Shown here: piece by piece, positions 1 to 10,939 of the stretch | Position numbering within the stretch: position 1 is the first letter of the stretch | Layout: every line of letters starts with the position of its first letter | NCBI GenBank assembly: GCA_900759565.1 | Contig: CAAEVV010000043.1 | Location: forward strand, 18,851 to 82,850 | Reading direction: 5' to 3' | Source of the DNA: an uncultured Collinsella sp. | Lineage (GTDB): Bacteria; Actinomycetota; Coriobacteriia; Coriobacteriales; Coriobacteriaceae | Length of the DNA: 64,000 nt | The notes under the pieces: generated by a model | Told to the model about the DNA's origin: nothing | Database searches by the model: none | The model's input: only the letters and a program-made list of their open reading frames with translations | Made by a program: the position numbers and the translations under genes

Positions 1-732
1 CCCGCGGCATCGGGTGCGTGCCCCATCGGGTCGTTCCAGTCGGTGGTAGGTTCATCCAAGTTCAACTTTTCTTACTATGTTACCGGTACGCTCATTTTGC
101 TCGGCGTGCTGTTGGGACGCTTTGTATGCGGCTTTCTGTGCCCGTTTGGCTGGCTGCAGGAGCTGCTTCATAAGATTCCCGGCAAAAAGTTCTCCACGAA
201 AAAGCTTAAGCCGCTCACGTACATCAAGTACGTCGTGCTGCTGTTTGCCGTGGTGCTGCTGCCCGTCTTGGCGGTTAACGACGTGGGCATGGGCGACCCG
301 TTCTTTTGTAAGTACATCTGTCCGCAGGGCGTACTCGAGGGCGCCATTCCGCTGGCCATTGCCAACGCCGGCATTCGATCTGCGTTGGGACATCTCTTTA
401 CTTGGAAACTTGCCGTTCTCATTGCCGTGGTAGTGCTGAGCGTTTTGTTCTACCGCCCCTTCTGCAAATGGATTTGTCCACTCGGCGCATTCTATGCGCT
501 CATGAATAGGGTGTCCCTACTGGGGATTCGGGTTGACGCATGCAAATGTGTCTCGTGCGGCAAGTGCTCAAAGGTTTGTCAGATGGACGTTGATGTGGTC
601 CGCGCGCCCAATCATGCCGAATGTATTCGGTGCGGAAAGTGCATCGGGGCCTGTCCCGTCGATGCCATCAGCTATCGCTATGGCCTGGATGTGTCGGCGG
701 AAAAGCTTCCCTTGACCGCCGATAAAAAATAA
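1..732 (+). CDS. 4Fe-4S-binding polyferredoxin membrane protein (NapH/YccM-like), 5'-truncated by window edge
   Basis: Frame open from base 1; GRFVCGFLCPFG, FCKYICPQG and FCKWICPLG motifs, TM helices, two C-terminal CxxCxxCxxxC clusters. Confidence 0.85.
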   Translation, partial: PAASGACPIGSFQSVVGSSKFNFSYYVTGTLILLGVLLGRFVCGFLCPFGWLQELLHKIPGKKFSTKKLKPLTYIKYVVLLFAVVLLPVLAVNDVGMGDPFFCKYICPQGVLEGAIPLAIANAGIRSALGHLFTWKLAVLIAVVVLSVLFYRPFCKWICPLGAFYALMNRVSLLGIRVDACKCVSCGKCSKVCQMDVDVVRAPNHAECIRCGKCIGACPVDAISYRYGLDVSAEKLPLTADKK

Positions 733-761
733 ACAAGCTTCGACAAAACGGAGGAATGACC

Positions 762-1733
762 ATGAAGCTTTCTAAGATTGCGGCCCTGTTTATGGTGCCG
801 GTATTGGCCTTGTGCCTTGTGGCATGTTCGGCGCCCGGTGGCAATGCGAGCGAATCTGCGAGCTCCGATCCTAAGATCGCAGAACTCACTGCGCAGAAGC
901 CGGCCAATGCCGACGAGGCCGCCGAGCTGTATGCAAAACTCATGCAAAAGGAGAACGATATCTTTTCGAGTGATAACGCGCTGTGGGAAAAGGTATTCAA
1001 TGCGGCAAATAAAGACTCGGCAATGATTGAGAACGGCAGCAATTACGGCGATTTTCTGCTCAAGACCATCGACGGCGCCAAGGATGAGTTCACGGCGGAT
1101 GAGCTTAAGACGCTCAAGGCCGGTGCACAGCAGATCAAGGAGATCGAAGACAAGCTCGAGAGCTTGGAGAAGGAGTTCCCCGGCTGTGGAAGCACGCCGA
1201 GCGAAGGCGAGAGCGTCGACGCTTCGGCCGCTGGCATGACGGCTGGTGCCAATGCTTCGAGCGAGGCGACGAAGTTCCCCAGCTTTACGGGCAAAGACCT
1301 GGATGGCAACGACGTGAGCAGCGACGAGCTGTTCTCTAAGAACAAGGTCACCGTCATGAACTTTTGGTTCACCACTTGCAAGCCGTGCGTGGGTGAGTTG
1401 GGCGACCTTGAGGACCTGAATAAGGAGCTTGCCAAGAAGGGCGGCCAGGTCGTGGGCGTCAATTCCTTTACGCTCGATGGCAACAAGGGCGAGATTGCAG
1501 ATGCCAAGGACGTGCTGAGCAAGAAGGGCGTGACGTATAAGAACATCTGGTTCAAGTCGGATAGCGATGCCGGTAAGTTTACGTCAAATTTGTTCTCGTT
1601 CCCGACAACGTATGTCATCGATCAGAATGGCAACATCGTAGGGGATCCAATCGTGGGAGCCATCAGCTCCGCTGAGCAGCGCGCGGCGCTCGACAAGCTT
1701 ATTGACCAGGCGATTGCGAATAGCGAGCAGTAG
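762..1733 (+). CDS. TlpA-like thioredoxin-fold lipoprotein (disulfide reductase family)
   Basis: Lipobox LVAC; NFWFTTCKPC (CxxC) and FPTTYVID cis-Pro motif; GGAGG RBS before ATG 762. Confidence 0.85.
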   Translation: MKLSKIAALFMVPVLALCLVACSAPGGNASESASSDPKIAELTAQKPANADEAAELYAKLMQKENDIFSSDNALWEKVFNAANKDSAMIENGSNYGDFLLKTIDGAKDEFTADELKTLKAGAQQIKEIEDKLESLEKEFPGCGSTPSEGESVDASAAGMTAGANASSEATKFPSFTGKDLDGNDVSSDELFSKNKVTVMNFWFTTCKPCVGELGDLEDLNKELAKKGGQVVGVNSFTLDGNKGEIADAKDVLSKKGVTYKNIWFKSDSDAGKFTSNLFSFPTTYVIDQNGNIVGDPIVGAISSAEQRAALDKLIDQAIANSEQ

Positions 1734-1810
1734 AAAACGCGTAAAGCATGGCGAAGATCGTGCGCCGCTGTGCGAAGTAGTCCGCTACCTTTCAAGATAA
1801 GCTCCACCAT

Positions 1811-1840
1811 ATAGAGGTCCCGCTCGGGACCTCTTCTTTT
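1811..1840 (+). terminator. Probable intrinsic terminator
   Basis: agaggtcccg-ct-cgggacctct hairpin followed by tctttt. Confidence 0.6.
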
Positions 1841-1986
1841 GGGCGCCGTCCCGTTCGTTTTTTGGCGCGGTTCCCTACATTCCTCACTGGCGCCGGTAAA
1901 AAATGGGGATAGAGTAGGACAAACGCGTCGAATACGAACGGCGGAGGAGAGCGGGCAGGGTGCCTGCGCAGGAGAGGTTGCCGTCC

Positions 1987-4900
1987 ATGCTGGAGCTCAA
2001 AGGTATTTGCAAAAGGTACGTTACGCAGTCGTTTACGCAGGTGGCGCTCGACAACGTAAGCCTGTCTTTTCGCGATAACGAGTTCGTGGCCATTCTGGGT
2101 CCCTCGGGTTCGGGTAAAACTACGATGCTCAACGTTATCGGTGGGCTCGATCATTTCGATTCCGGCGACCTGCTGATCGACGGCATCTCGACCAAGGATT
2201 TTCGCGATCGCGATTGGGATGCCTACCGCAACAACCGCATCGGCTTTGTGTTCCAGAGCTATAACCTCATTCCGCATCAGACCATCTTGGAAAACGTGGA
2301 GCTGGCGCTTACGCTCACAGGTGTGGGGCATGCCGAGCGCCGCCAGCGTGCGCGCGAGGCGCTCGAGGCGGTTGGCCTGGGCGAGCACGTTAACAAGCGC
2401 CCGAGCCAGCTATCGGGCGGACAGATGCAGCGCGTGGCCATTGCCCGCGCCCTGATCAATGACCCTGAGATCGTCCTTGCCGACGAGCCGACTGGCGCTT
2501 TGGATTCAACGACATCCGTACAGGTTATGGATTTGCTCAAAGACGTTGCGCGCGACCGCCTGGTTATCATGGTCACGCACAATCCCGACCTGGCGTACCA
2601 GTACGCCACGCGTATCGTCAATCTGGCGGACGGCAAGATCACCGACGATTCCGACTCCTTTGATGCTGCCAAGGCCGCGCGTCGCGAGGCAAAGCCTACG
2701 CGCAAAACCTCGATGAGCTTTGTGACGGCGCTGGGGCTTTCTGCCCGAAACCTCATGACCAAGAAGGGCCGCACGGCCATGACTGCCTTTGCGGGCTCGA
2801 TTGGCATTATCGGCATTGCGGCGATTCTGGCGCTGTCCAACGGCGTAAACGGCTACATCAAAAAGGTCGAGGAGGATACGCTCTCGAGCTACCCACTCAC
2901 CATTTCCAAGCAGGATTACGACCTGTCGTCCATGATGGGCGGACAGGGGGCTGCAGATGATGACTCGCCTGAAAACGTGGATTCGTCCGACGACAGTGCC
3001 GGCGGCAAGGCTCGGGGAACCGATAAGATTCCCGTGGCCACGGCCGTAAAGGATATGTTTGCGAGCGTTAAGTCCAACGACATGACGAGCTTTAAGGCAT
3101 GGCTCGACGACGGTGGCGATGGTATTGACAAAGAAGTCAATGCTATCCAGTACGGTTATGGCGTGACGCCGGTTGTCTATCGTGCGGGTAAGGATGACGA
3201 GAAGCCGGTTCGACTTGTTCCCAATGCCATGACCGAGGCCATGAGCGGAGGCGCGAGCTCGGCGGCAACGGTGAGCATGGAATCCATGGGAACCTCGGTC
3301 TTTAACGAGATGATTGACGACCAGAGCCTGCTCGACAGCCAGTACGATGTCGTCGCCGGTCATTGGCCCACGTCTGCCAACGAAGCCGTGATGGTGCTTT
3401 CGAGCCGCGGCACGGTGGGCGACTATACGCTCTACAGCATCGGTGCGCTGGATATCGATGAGCTCAACGACCTGGTCAACAGCGCCATGGCGGCCGACGG
3501 CAAGATTGAGGCGCCCGAGTCCGCCGCCGACTTTACCTACGACGATGCGCTGTCCACGACGTTTAAGGTGTTGTCGTCGGCCGATGCCTATCGCAAAAAC
3601 GAAGAGACCGGCATGTGGACTGACATGTCTGGCGACGCCGACTTTATGGCAGCCAAGGTTGCCGACGGTATCGACGTGCACATTGTGGGCGTGGTGCGAC
3701 CCAACGAGACGGCCAACGCGAGCGCGTTGTCCCCGGGCATTGCCTATACGCATGCGCTGACTCGCCAGCTTATGGAGCGCGCTGCCGATTCGCAGATTGT
3801 GCAGGAGCAACTCGCCCACCCCGAGACGGATGTCTTTACGGGCAAGTCTTTCGATGAGCTGCAAAGCGAGGCCAAACAAGGCGTGGATCTGGGCAGCATG
3901 TTCAGTGTGGACGAGGCGGCGCTCAAGAGCGCGTTCTCGTTTGATGCGTCTGCACTCTCGGGTGCGGCCGGCGGTATGGACCTTTCTGGTATCGACTTAT
4001 CCGGGCTGGACATTGACCTTTCGGGCGTCGGAAGGGACATCGACTTCAGCGACATCATGGCAAAAGCACCGGCCCCAGATTTCTCGGGCATCTTTGACGG
4101 TCTGGAGCTCACGCCCGAGCAAATGCAGCAGGTGGGAATGCTTGCCAACCAACTTTTTGAGGGCTTTTTGCAGTCTGATCAGTTTGGGGCGCTGTCACCC
4201 GAAGATCTTAAAGACGCGTCAAAGCTCGCTGCCGCATTCTCGACGTATCTTGAGAATGATGCCGCAGCCCAGCAATGCCTGGCTCAGCTCAAGGCCCTCG
4301 GCGGCGACGCCCTAGCAGAGCGTCTCCAGCAGGCGATGACCGACTATGTGCAAAAGCAGCTGGCTCCGTATCTGCAGCAGGCTATGGATCAGGTGACGAA
4401 GACGATCAGCGATCAGATTGCGGCGACGGTGTCAGCTCAGCTCAAGGCAGGCGCGGCAGGGCTCATGGACCAGATGGCGACGCAGGTGTCTTCGAGTTTT
4501 GCTAACCTGGCAAGCGCCATGCACGTGGATGCGAGCGCCTTTGCCCGTGCCATTCACTTCAACATGGACGCCGAGGACCTGAGCTCGCTCATGATGAGCT
4601 ATGCCAAGGCGTCGAAGCTCACCTACGACAACAATCTGACCACGTTGGGCTATGCGGACGAGGCGGACCCCATCTCGGTCAAGATTTTCCCACGTGACTT
4701 TGAGGCCAAGGAGCGCGTACTCGATCACATCGATGCGTATAACAAGCAGGTCAAAGCCGCCGGCCACGATGATCGGGCAATTACGTACACCGACTACATG
4801 GGCATCATTATGGGTTCGGTGACCGACATTGTGAACACCATCAGCTTGGTGCTCATCGCATTCGTGAGTATCAGCCTGGTGGTGAGCTCCATCATGATCG

Positions 4901-5241
4901 GCATCATCACGTACATCAGCGTGCTGGAGCGTAAAAAGGAGATTGGCATCCTGCGTGCGATTGGCGCGTCGAAGCGTAACGTGGCAAACGTGTTCAACGC
5001 CGAGACCTTTATCGAGGGCCTCATTGCCGGCGTCTTTGCCATTGTCGTCGTGGTGGCCGTGAGCTTCCCGGTTAATACCTGGGCGCTTACTGCCAAACAG
5101 GTACCCAATCTGATGAGCCTGCCCGTGCAGGATGCGCTGGTGCTCATTGCAATTTCGGTGCTGCTGACGGTTGTCGCTGGCCTGCTGCCGGCCCGTAGCG
5201 CGTCCAGGAAGGATCCCGTGGAGGCCCTGCGCTCCGAATAA
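1987..5241 (+). CDS. ABC transporter ATP-binding/permease fusion (MacB/FtsX-like)
   Basis: [26 protein letters not shown]; large extracellular region; C-terminal FtsX domain ([14 protein letters not shown]). Confidence 0.9.
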   Translation: MLELKGICKRYVTQSFTQVALDNVSLSFRDNEFVAILGPSGSGKTTMLNVIGGLDHFDSGDLLIDGISTKDFRDRDWDAYRNNRIGFVFQSYNLIPHQTILENVELALTLTGVGHAERRQRAREALEAVGLGEHVNKRPSQLSGGQMQRVAIARALINDPEIVLADEPTGALDSTTSVQVMDLLKDVARDRLVIMVTHNPDLAYQYATRIVNLADGKITDDSDSFDAAKAARREAKPTRKTSMSFVTALGLSARNLMTKKGRTAMTAFAGSIGIIGIAAILALSNGVNGYIKKVEEDTLSSYPLTISKQDYDLSSMMGGQGAADDDSPENVDSSDDSAGGKARGTDKIPVATAVKDMFASVKSNDMTSFKAWLDDGGDGIDKEVNAIQYGYGVTPVVYRAGKDDEKPVRLVPNAMTEAMSGGASSAATVSMESMGTSVFNEMIDDQSLLDSQYDVVAGHWPTSANEAVMVLSSRGTVGDYTLYSIGALDIDELNDLVNSAMAADGKIEAPESAADFTYDDALSTTFKVLSSADAYRKNEETGMWTDMSGDADFMAAKVADGIDVHIVGVVRPNETANASALSPGIAYTHALTRQLMERAADSQIVQEQLAHPETDVFTGKSFDELQSEAKQGVDLGSMFSVDEAALKSAFSFDASALSGAAGGMDLSGIDLSGLDIDLSGVGRDIDFSDIMAKAPAPDFSGIFDGLELTPEQMQQVGMLANQLFEGFLQSDQFGALSPEDLKDASKLAAAFSTYLENDAAAQQCLAQLKALGGDALAERLQQAMTDYVQKQLAPYLQQAMDQVTKTISDQIAATVSAQLKAGAAGLMDQMATQVSSSFANLASAMHVDASAFARAIHFNMDAEDLSSLMMSYAKASKLTYDNNLTTLGYADEADPISVKIFPRDFEAKERVLDHIDAYNKQVKAAGHDDRAITYTDYMGIIMGSVTDIVNTISLVLIAFVSISLVVSSIMIGIITYISVLERKKEIGILRAIGASKRNVANVFNAETFIEGLIAGVFAIVVVVAVSFPVNTWALTAKQVPNLMSLPVQDALVLIAISVLLTVVAGLLPARSASRKDPVEALRSE

Positions 5242-5272
5242 TGTGACAAAGGGACGGTTCCTTTGTCACATT
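5240..5272. repeat. Palindromic REP-like element, family B (AATGTGACAAAGG-N7-CCTTTGTCACATT)
   Basis: Perfect 13-bp arms; related copies at 5426, 37319, 41044 and 42300. Confidence 0.75.
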
Positions 5273-5301
5273 GAGCGGCATGTAAATCGAGGTCTAATAC
5301 T

Positions 5302-5339
5302 TTTCACTCGTTCACTTCCCAGGAAAGTATTCACCTTCG
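5302..5339. repeat. Solo copy of the terminal repeat of the MITE-like element at 21053-21238
   Basis: tttcactcgttcacttcccaggaaagtattcaccttcg matches 21200-21236 with about 4 mismatches. Confidence 0.7.
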
Positions 5340-5425
5340 TTGCGCGGGGGGCGGCTGGAAGGGCGGTCATCGTCAAGTAGTCACCTCTATCTTGTGAATC
5401 GCCCGAGGCACAAGGCATAATGCAA

Positions 5426-5455
5426 GTGACAAGGGGGCAGTCCCTTTGCCGCATT
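5426..5455. repeat. Degenerate REP-like element, family B
   Basis: gtgacaagggggcagtccctttgccgcatt resembles the 5240 and 42300 copies. Confidence 0.55.
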
Positions 5456-5468
5456 GATCTGAGAGCGG

Positions 5469-6428
5469 ATGTTGATGATTCTATCGCTGGCCCCTATGGA
5501 GGGGATTACCGGGCATGTGTTCCGTCGCGTGCATGCGGAGTGCTTTGGTGCGCTCGACTGCTACTACACGCCGTTTTTGCCGCCGCCGCGGGTGGGAAAC
5601 CGCTTTGGCGGCAAAGCGTTTAAGGAGATCGATCCTGCCAATAACCAGGGGCTCAACGTAGTGCCTCAGCTGATGTCTAAGAACGCGGACGAGTTTGTGT
5701 GGGCGGCACAGGTGCTCGCTGACATGGGCTACCGCGAGGTCAATCTCAACCTTGGCTGCCCCTCGGGTACAGTTGTTGCCAAGGGTAAGGGCTCGGGTTT
5801 CTTGCGCAATCTCGACGAGCTCGAGGCGTTCTTAAGCGATGTGTGCGAGCGGTCGCCGTTGCCGGTGTCGGTAAAGACCAGGCTGGGGCTGGAGAATGAC
5901 GACGAATACGAGCGCGTGCTTGATCTGTATTGCCGCATGCCGCTGTCGGAGCTGATTGTGCACCCGCGCGTGCAAAAGGACCGCTATACGGGCTCGCCGC
6001 GCAAAGAGTTTTATGGCGAGACGTTGGAGCGGGCACCGTTTCCCGTGGCATACAACGGCGACATTTTTGATCTTGAGGACATGGATGCGCTGGTGGAGGC
6101 CTATCCCGGTACACGCCATGTGATGCTGGGGCGCGGCCTGCTCGCGAATCCCGCTCTGGCCCGTATGGTCAACGGCGGCCCTGCTGCCACGGCAGCCGAG
6201 CTGCAGCGTTTCCACGACACGTTGTTCGCGGCCTATGCAGAAGAGATTGGCGGCAACGCGGTCTTTCGCATGAAGGAGTGGTGGTTCTACGCCAAGTGCG
6301 CCTTCGCTGACCCCGCTACCGTTCACAAGCTCGTGCGTAAGACCAAAAAGGTCGACGAATACCGCGCCGCCGTCGAGCGGGTCTTTCGCGAGCAGCCACT
6401 CGCACCCATAGCTCGCTTCCGCGGCTAG
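5469..6428 (+). CDS. tRNA-dihydrouridine synthase family protein
   Basis: LAPMEGIT, NLNLGCPS, SVKTRLG, VHPR, YNGDI and MLGRG motifs. Confidence 0.9.
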   Translation: MLMILSLAPMEGITGHVFRRVHAECFGALDCYYTPFLPPPRVGNRFGGKAFKEIDPANNQGLNVVPQLMSKNADEFVWAAQVLADMGYREVNLNLGCPSGTVVAKGKGSGFLRNLDELEAFLSDVCERSPLPVSVKTRLGLENDDEYERVLDLYCRMPLSELIVHPRVQKDRYTGSPRKEFYGETLERAPFPVAYNGDIFDLEDMDALVEAYPGTRHVMLGRGLLANPALARMVNGGPAATAAELQRFHDTLFAAYAEEIGGNAVFRMKEWWFYAKCAFADPATVHKLVRKTKKVDEYRAAVERVFREQPLAPIARFRG

Positions 6429-6433
6429 TTAGA

Positions 6434-6481
6434 CATCGGGGACGTTCTTTAGCGACTAGTCATTTAAGAACGTCCCCGATG
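6434..6481. repeat. Palindromic REP-like element, family A (CATYGGGGACGTTCT...GACTAGTC...AGAACGTCCCCRATG)
   Basis: 16-bp inverted arms; related copies at 16618 and 31017. Confidence 0.8.
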
Positions 6482-6495
6482 ACACCCGCAAAAGC

Positions 6496-6550
6496 TGTAC
6501 GCCAGCATCCAAAGATGTCGAAAAATGTCGACTTTGGATGCTGGTGTACA
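6496..6550. repeat. Inverted repeat / hairpin between convergent genes
   Basis: tgtacgccagcatccaaag...ctttggatgctggtgtaca. Confidence 0.6.
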
Positions 6551-6595
6551 TGTTTGGGTCGTATGGGTTGGGGTGAGCTAATCGTAACGCGCGTA

Positions 6596-6841
6596 CTAGA
6601 GCAGATTCTCCTGCACCCATGCGATGATGTCGCTCGACTCGTAGAGTGGCTTGCCGTCGATGAACAGGCAGGGAACCTGGCGTTTTCCGCCGACGGCGAT
6701 AAGCGTTTGCTCGGCATCGGAATCGGTCGAGATATTGCGTTCAGGAATGGTCGCGCCGTTATCGGCCAAAAAGCGCTTGACCTTTATGCAGTACGGGCAG
6801 CCGGTCATAACGTAGAGCACGAGCTCGTGATCAGTAGCCAT
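6596..6841 (-). CDS. Glutaredoxin/NrdH-like protein
   Basis: CPYC active site, QVPCLFIDG, ESSDI; 81 aa. Confidence 0.85.
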   Translation of the reverse strand: MATDHELVLYVMTGCPYCIKVKRFLADNGATIPERNISTDSDAEQTLIAVGGKRQVPCLFIDGKPLYESSDIIAWVQENLL

Positions 6842-6892
6842 AGGTCTCCAATCGGTTGAGGTTTTGATTGAAATACCCAAAGCTGCCGCGGT

Positions 6893-7720
6893 CTATGCGC
6901 GGACCAGTGACGACTCGATGGCCTGGACCAGAAACGCCGTGGCTCCGGTGCCGCAGGGCTTGTCGTAGTAGTCAACAAAGCGCTGGTCGGCAAGATAGCC
7001 GTGAGCGAGGCCCAGATACGCTTCGTTCTGGGGCTCGCATCCCCAGTTGAGAGCAATCCAGCGACGATGCATCGCGACAAGCTTGCGAGCCTCGCTTCCG
7101 TCCGCATCGCCATCGCCCATGGCGATCGATAGCTGGCCCAGAACAGCGCGTTCAAGTTCCTTCATGTCGTTCCATGTCTCGGGGTCCATGTCCAGCAGCG
7201 CTTCGTTTGCCGTATCGATAGCCTCATCGCCATAGCGCGCCCGGGCTTCGGCACCGTAGCGCTCCTCGTTTTCCTGCACGGTGCGCCAGCGCTCCAGTTG
7301 CGGCAGGACGGCGCCCATGAGCGAGACGGCTTCGTCGAGCGACATGCCGGTGTTTTGCGCCAGGCGCGGGGCACAATCCTCAATCATCGCCTCCATAGTG
7401 GTGTCGTAGGTGTACTTGCCGTGGTCGTAGCACCACTTGCAGTAATGGTCGGTCGTGGCGCCCGCGGCGTCGGTGCCGCAGTCGTTGGGCGTGAGTATCA
7501 TGCCGCAGCTCTGGCAATAGTGCTCGGGCATCTCGAGCAGATGAGACAGAGGCTCGCCGGTCACGGCGGCGATGAGCTTCATCATGTCGATGCCCGGCGT
7601 GACCTCGTCGCGCTCCCAACGGCTGACGGCTTGGCGTGTGACAAAGAGCTTGGCGGCGAGCTGCTCTTGGGTAAGGTGATGGGCGTGACGGATGGCAATG
7701 AGCTTTTCTGCAAAGGCCAT
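6893..7720 (-). CDS. XRE-HTH + zinc ribbon + TipAS-like domain transcriptional regulator
   Basis: N-terminal LTQEQLA..VTRQAVSRWE; CQSCGM...YCKWCY; C-terminal EARARYG...YLADQRFVDYYD TipAS-like segment. Confidence 0.75.
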   Translation of the reverse strand: MAFAEKLIAIRHAHHLTQEQLAAKLFVTRQAVSRWERDEVTPGIDMMKLIAAVTGEPLSHLLEMPEHYCQSCGMILTPNDCGTDAAGATTDHYCKWCYDHGKYTYDTTMEAMIEDCAPRLAQNTGMSLDEAVSLMGAVLPQLERWRTVQENEERYGAEARARYGDEAIDTANEALLDMDPETWNDMKELERAVLGQLSIAMGDGDADGSEARKLVAMHRRWIALNWGCEPQNEAYLGLAHGYLADQRFVDYYDKPCGTGATAFLVQAIESSLVRA

Positions 7721-7861
7721 AGCGGCTCCTTTCTGCTGGTTGATGGCTTAAGCATACGCGGCGGCAGGCACCCTTCCAAGCAACCGTTGGTTGCACGACG
7801 GGGGACCGTGGCGAAGAATTGCGCGCAATGCCCCACGCCTCCATGTCGTACAATGACCGGC

Positions 7862-8599
7862 ATGGAACCTATCGCACACATACATACCGACCTGCCGCAG
7901 AAGTTCGGCATTCCGCGCAACAGCTTTTTGGCGCCTCATCTGCAGGGACGCATCGTTTTTGAGCCGGAATTTGCCTCCAACGCAGCGGTTGAGGGTCTGG
8001 ACTCCTTCTCTCACCTATGGCTGCTGTGGCGCTTCGAAAACGGTACGCCCGGCGGCACGGCTAAGGACATAGCTGCCGATGCCAAGTCGCAGGACAGGTC
8101 CGGCACCAACGTCAAGTGGTCGAAGACCGTGCGCCCGCCGCGTCTGGGCGGAGCCGAGCGCGTGGGAGTGTTTGCCACGCGCAGTCCGTTTCGCCCTAAT
8201 CCCATTGGGCTTACCTGCGTCAAGCTGGATCGTGTCGAGCTCACCGACGATGGCCCCATCATCCATGTGCTGGGGGCCGACCTGCGCGATGGCACGCCCA
8301 TCTACGACATTAAGCCCTACATTCCGTTTGCCGACTGTCACCCGGATGCGACGGGTGGCTGGATCGAGGGAGCTCCCTGGCAAGAGCTTGACGTCGAGTT
8401 CCCGCAAGCGCTTCAAGACATGGTCCCGCCCGCAAAGCTCCCCGGTCTGGTCGAGGTTCTTCGCCAAGATCCGCGCCGCGCGGGCAGCAAGCACGAGCCA
8501 AACCGCGTCTATCATCTGGCCTTCGCCGGGCTCGACATATCTTTTACGGTCGATAAAACCCAGCTAACCGTAGTTGCCGTCAACGACGCGCAAGACTAA
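7862..8599 (+). CDS. trmO: tRNA m6t6A37 methyltransferase TrmO (TsaA/YaeB)
   Basis: KFGIPR, VRPPRLGG, GVFATRSPFRPNPIGL, DGTPIYDIKPY. Confidence 0.9.
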   Translation: MEPIAHIHTDLPQKFGIPRNSFLAPHLQGRIVFEPEFASNAAVEGLDSFSHLWLLWRFENGTPGGTAKDIAADAKSQDRSGTNVKWSKTVRPPRLGGAERVGVFATRSPFRPNPIGLTCVKLDRVELTDDGPIIHVLGADLRDGTPIYDIKPYIPFADCHPDATGGWIEGAPWQELDVEFPQALQDMVPPAKLPGLVEVLRQDPRRAGSKHEPNRVYHLAFAGLDISFTVDKTQLTVVAVNDAQD

Positions 8600-8710
8600 C
8601 CAGCCATTCGTTCGCACCCGTCAAATTAAGCGCCAAACCCCATGCCAAAATCGCCCGTGCTGGTGGACAATAACGCCTACCAAAACAATCACTTTGCACG
8701 GGAGTTCAGC

Positions 8711-9925
8711 ATGAAATACGACTTTAGTTCGCTTATCGACCGCCACGGCATGGACTCCATCGCCGTTGACTCCTGGGGCGAGATCCCCGGTATGGCTCCG
8801 AACGCACCCGACGAGGGCTTCGACCGCATTCCCATGTGGGTGGCCGACATGAATTTTGCCACGGTGCCCACGGTCCAGGAGCACATCATTCAGCGCGCTC
8901 AGCATCCCATGTTTGGCTACTTTAACCCGCGCCCCGAGTATTTCGACCGCATCATCGAATGGCAGAGTCGCCGCAATGGTGTCGAGGGCCTGCGCCCTGA
9001 ACATATCGGCTACGAAAACGGCGTGCTGGGCGGTGTCGTGTCGACGTTGCGCGCGTTCGTCCAGCCCGGTGATGCGGTACTGGTCCACAGCCCCACCTAC
9101 ATCGGCTTTACCAAGTCCATTGAGGCCGCGGGCTATCACATTGTCCACAGCCCGCTTAAGCTCGACGACCAGGGCGTGTGGCGTATGGACTTTGAGGACA
9201 TGGAGCACAAGCTCGCCCAAAACCACATCCATGCCGCGGTGTTCTGCTCGCCGCACAATCCCTGCGGCCGCGTATGGGAACGCGACGAGATCGAGCGCGC
9301 CATGGACATCTATCGCCAGCACGATTGCGTAGTGATCTCGGACGAGATTTGGTCCGATATCATCCTGCCGGGGCACAAGCACATCCCGACGCAGTCGGTG
9401 AGCGAGGATGCCCGCATGCGCACGGTTGCCCTCTACGCGCCCAGCAAGACGTTCAACCTGGCGGGTCTGGTCGGCAGCTATCACATCATCTATAACGAGA
9501 CGCTGCGCGACCGCGTGTGCGCCGTGTCCAACAAGACCCACTACAACGAGATGAACGTCCTCTCCATGCATGCGCTTATCGGTGCCTACCAGCCGCAGGG
9601 CTACGAGTGGGTGGACGAGCTCAACCAGGTGCTTGCCGGCAATATCGAGTACTTCTGCACGTATGCAGAAAAACATTGGAAGGGCGTCGCGTTTTCGCGT
9701 CCGCAGGGCACGTACATGGTGTTTCTGGACTGCACCGAGTGGTGTTGCGAGCATGGCCGTGATATTCAGTGGCTGCTCGACGAGGGCGCCCGCGTGGGCG
9801 TGGGGTATCAGGATGGCCGTCCGTTCCACGGGCCCTGCCACATTCGCGTGAATCTGGCGCTGCCGCTTTCGCGCGTGAGGGAAGCGTGCGACCGCCTGGA
9901 CCGCTACGTTTTTAATGCACGGTAA
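8711..9925 (+). CDS. MalY/PatB-family PLP-dependent C-S lyase/aminotransferase
   Basis: PMWVADMNF, CSPHNPCGRVW, SDEIWSD, APSKTFNLAG. Confidence 0.9.
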   Translation: MKYDFSSLIDRHGMDSIAVDSWGEIPGMAPNAPDEGFDRIPMWVADMNFATVPTVQEHIIQRAQHPMFGYFNPRPEYFDRIIEWQSRRNGVEGLRPEHIGYENGVLGGVVSTLRAFVQPGDAVLVHSPTYIGFTKSIEAAGYHIVHSPLKLDDQGVWRMDFEDMEHKLAQNHIHAAVFCSPHNPCGRVWERDEIERAMDIYRQHDCVVISDEIWSDIILPGHKHIPTQSVSEDARMRTVALYAPSKTFNLAGLVGSYHIIYNETLRDRVCAVSNKTHYNEMNVLSMHALIGAYQPQGYEWVDELNQVLAGNIEYFCTYAEKHWKGVAFSRPQGTYMVFLDCTEWCCEHGRDIQWLLDEGARVGVGYQDGRPFHGPCHIRVNLALPLSRVREACDRLDRYVFNAR

Positions 9926-10069
9926 GTGTGCGCTGCATGCGGGGCCTTCTGCCAAGTCGGCTGGAAGGCCCCACACGGTAAAGCGTCTGTAACAATTGGG
10001 TGCTCGTGTGGTTTTGTTTGCTATTATCTTTAACCATTTCAGTCTGTAAACAGGATCGTATGGAGCTCG

Positions 10070-10939
10070 ATGAAAAGATCCCGTCGCTCGGTTGCCATTT
10101 CGTTATTTGTTGCGCTTGCAGTGGCGAGCGCTTTTGTCGTAGCGATAGCTGGCTGCTCCGGGTCGAATGACGAGGCATCGACGTCTGCATCAAAAGGCCT
10201 GGAGGCCTCGCAGGTCCAGGACGACGACCTCAAGACGCTCAACGTCGGCAGCGACCTCTATCCACCGTTTGTGTATACCGACGAGTACGGCGATATTGTT
10301 GGCCTGGATGTCGAGATATTGACCGAGGCTTTGGCCCGCATTGGTTACAAGCCAAAATACCAGCTGATCGACTGGGAAAAGAAGAAAGAGCTGCTGGCGA
10401 GCGGCGAACTCGATTGCGTCATGGGTAGCTTTAGCATGACGGGTCGCGAAAACGAGTATCGTTGGGCCGGCCCGTACCTCGCGAGCCGCCAGGTGGTCGC
10501 GGTCGATTCCCAGAGCGATATCTACACGCTTGCCGATCTTGAGGATAAGATCGTGGCGGTTCAGTCCACCACCAAGCCCGAGGACATTTTGCTCAATCGC
10601 ACAAATGAAAACGTTCCGCAGATCAAGGAGCTCTACAGCTTTTCGGACGGTTCATATCTGAACCCGGCGCTCGTCGAGGGCCTGGTCGACGCTATCGCCG
10701 CGCATGAGTCCTCGTTCCTCACCTACGAAAAAGACTATGGTGTGACGTATCGTATTCTGGATGAGCCGCTGCTAGAGGTCGGTTTGGGCACCGCTTTCGA
10801 TATCAACGATACGCGCGGCATCGACGTTAAGCTCGCTCATGCCTATCAAGAAATGCTTGCCGATGGCACCATGGAACGTCTGGTGTCAAAGTACTTTGAT
10901 GACCCTTCGCCATTTTTGAATATGGAGGGCCTGTCATGA
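10070..10939 (+). CDS. Amino-acid-type substrate-binding lipoprotein (SBP family 3)
   Basis: Lipobox IAGC; YPPF..GLDVEI; overlaps the kinase start (ATGA). Confidence 0.85.
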   Translation: MKRSRRSVAISLFVALAVASAFVVAIAGCSGSNDEASTSASKGLEASQVQDDDLKTLNVGSDLYPPFVYTDEYGDIVGLDVEILTEALARIGYKPKYQLIDWEKKKELLASGELDCVMGSFSMTGRENEYRWAGPYLASRQVVAVDSQSDIYTLADLEDKIVAVQSTTKPEDILLNRTNENVPQIKELYSFSDGSYLNPALVEGLVDAIAAHESSFLTYEKDYGVTYRILDEPLLEVGLGTAFDINDTRGIDVKLAHAYQEMLADGTMERLVSKYFDDPSPFLNMEGLS

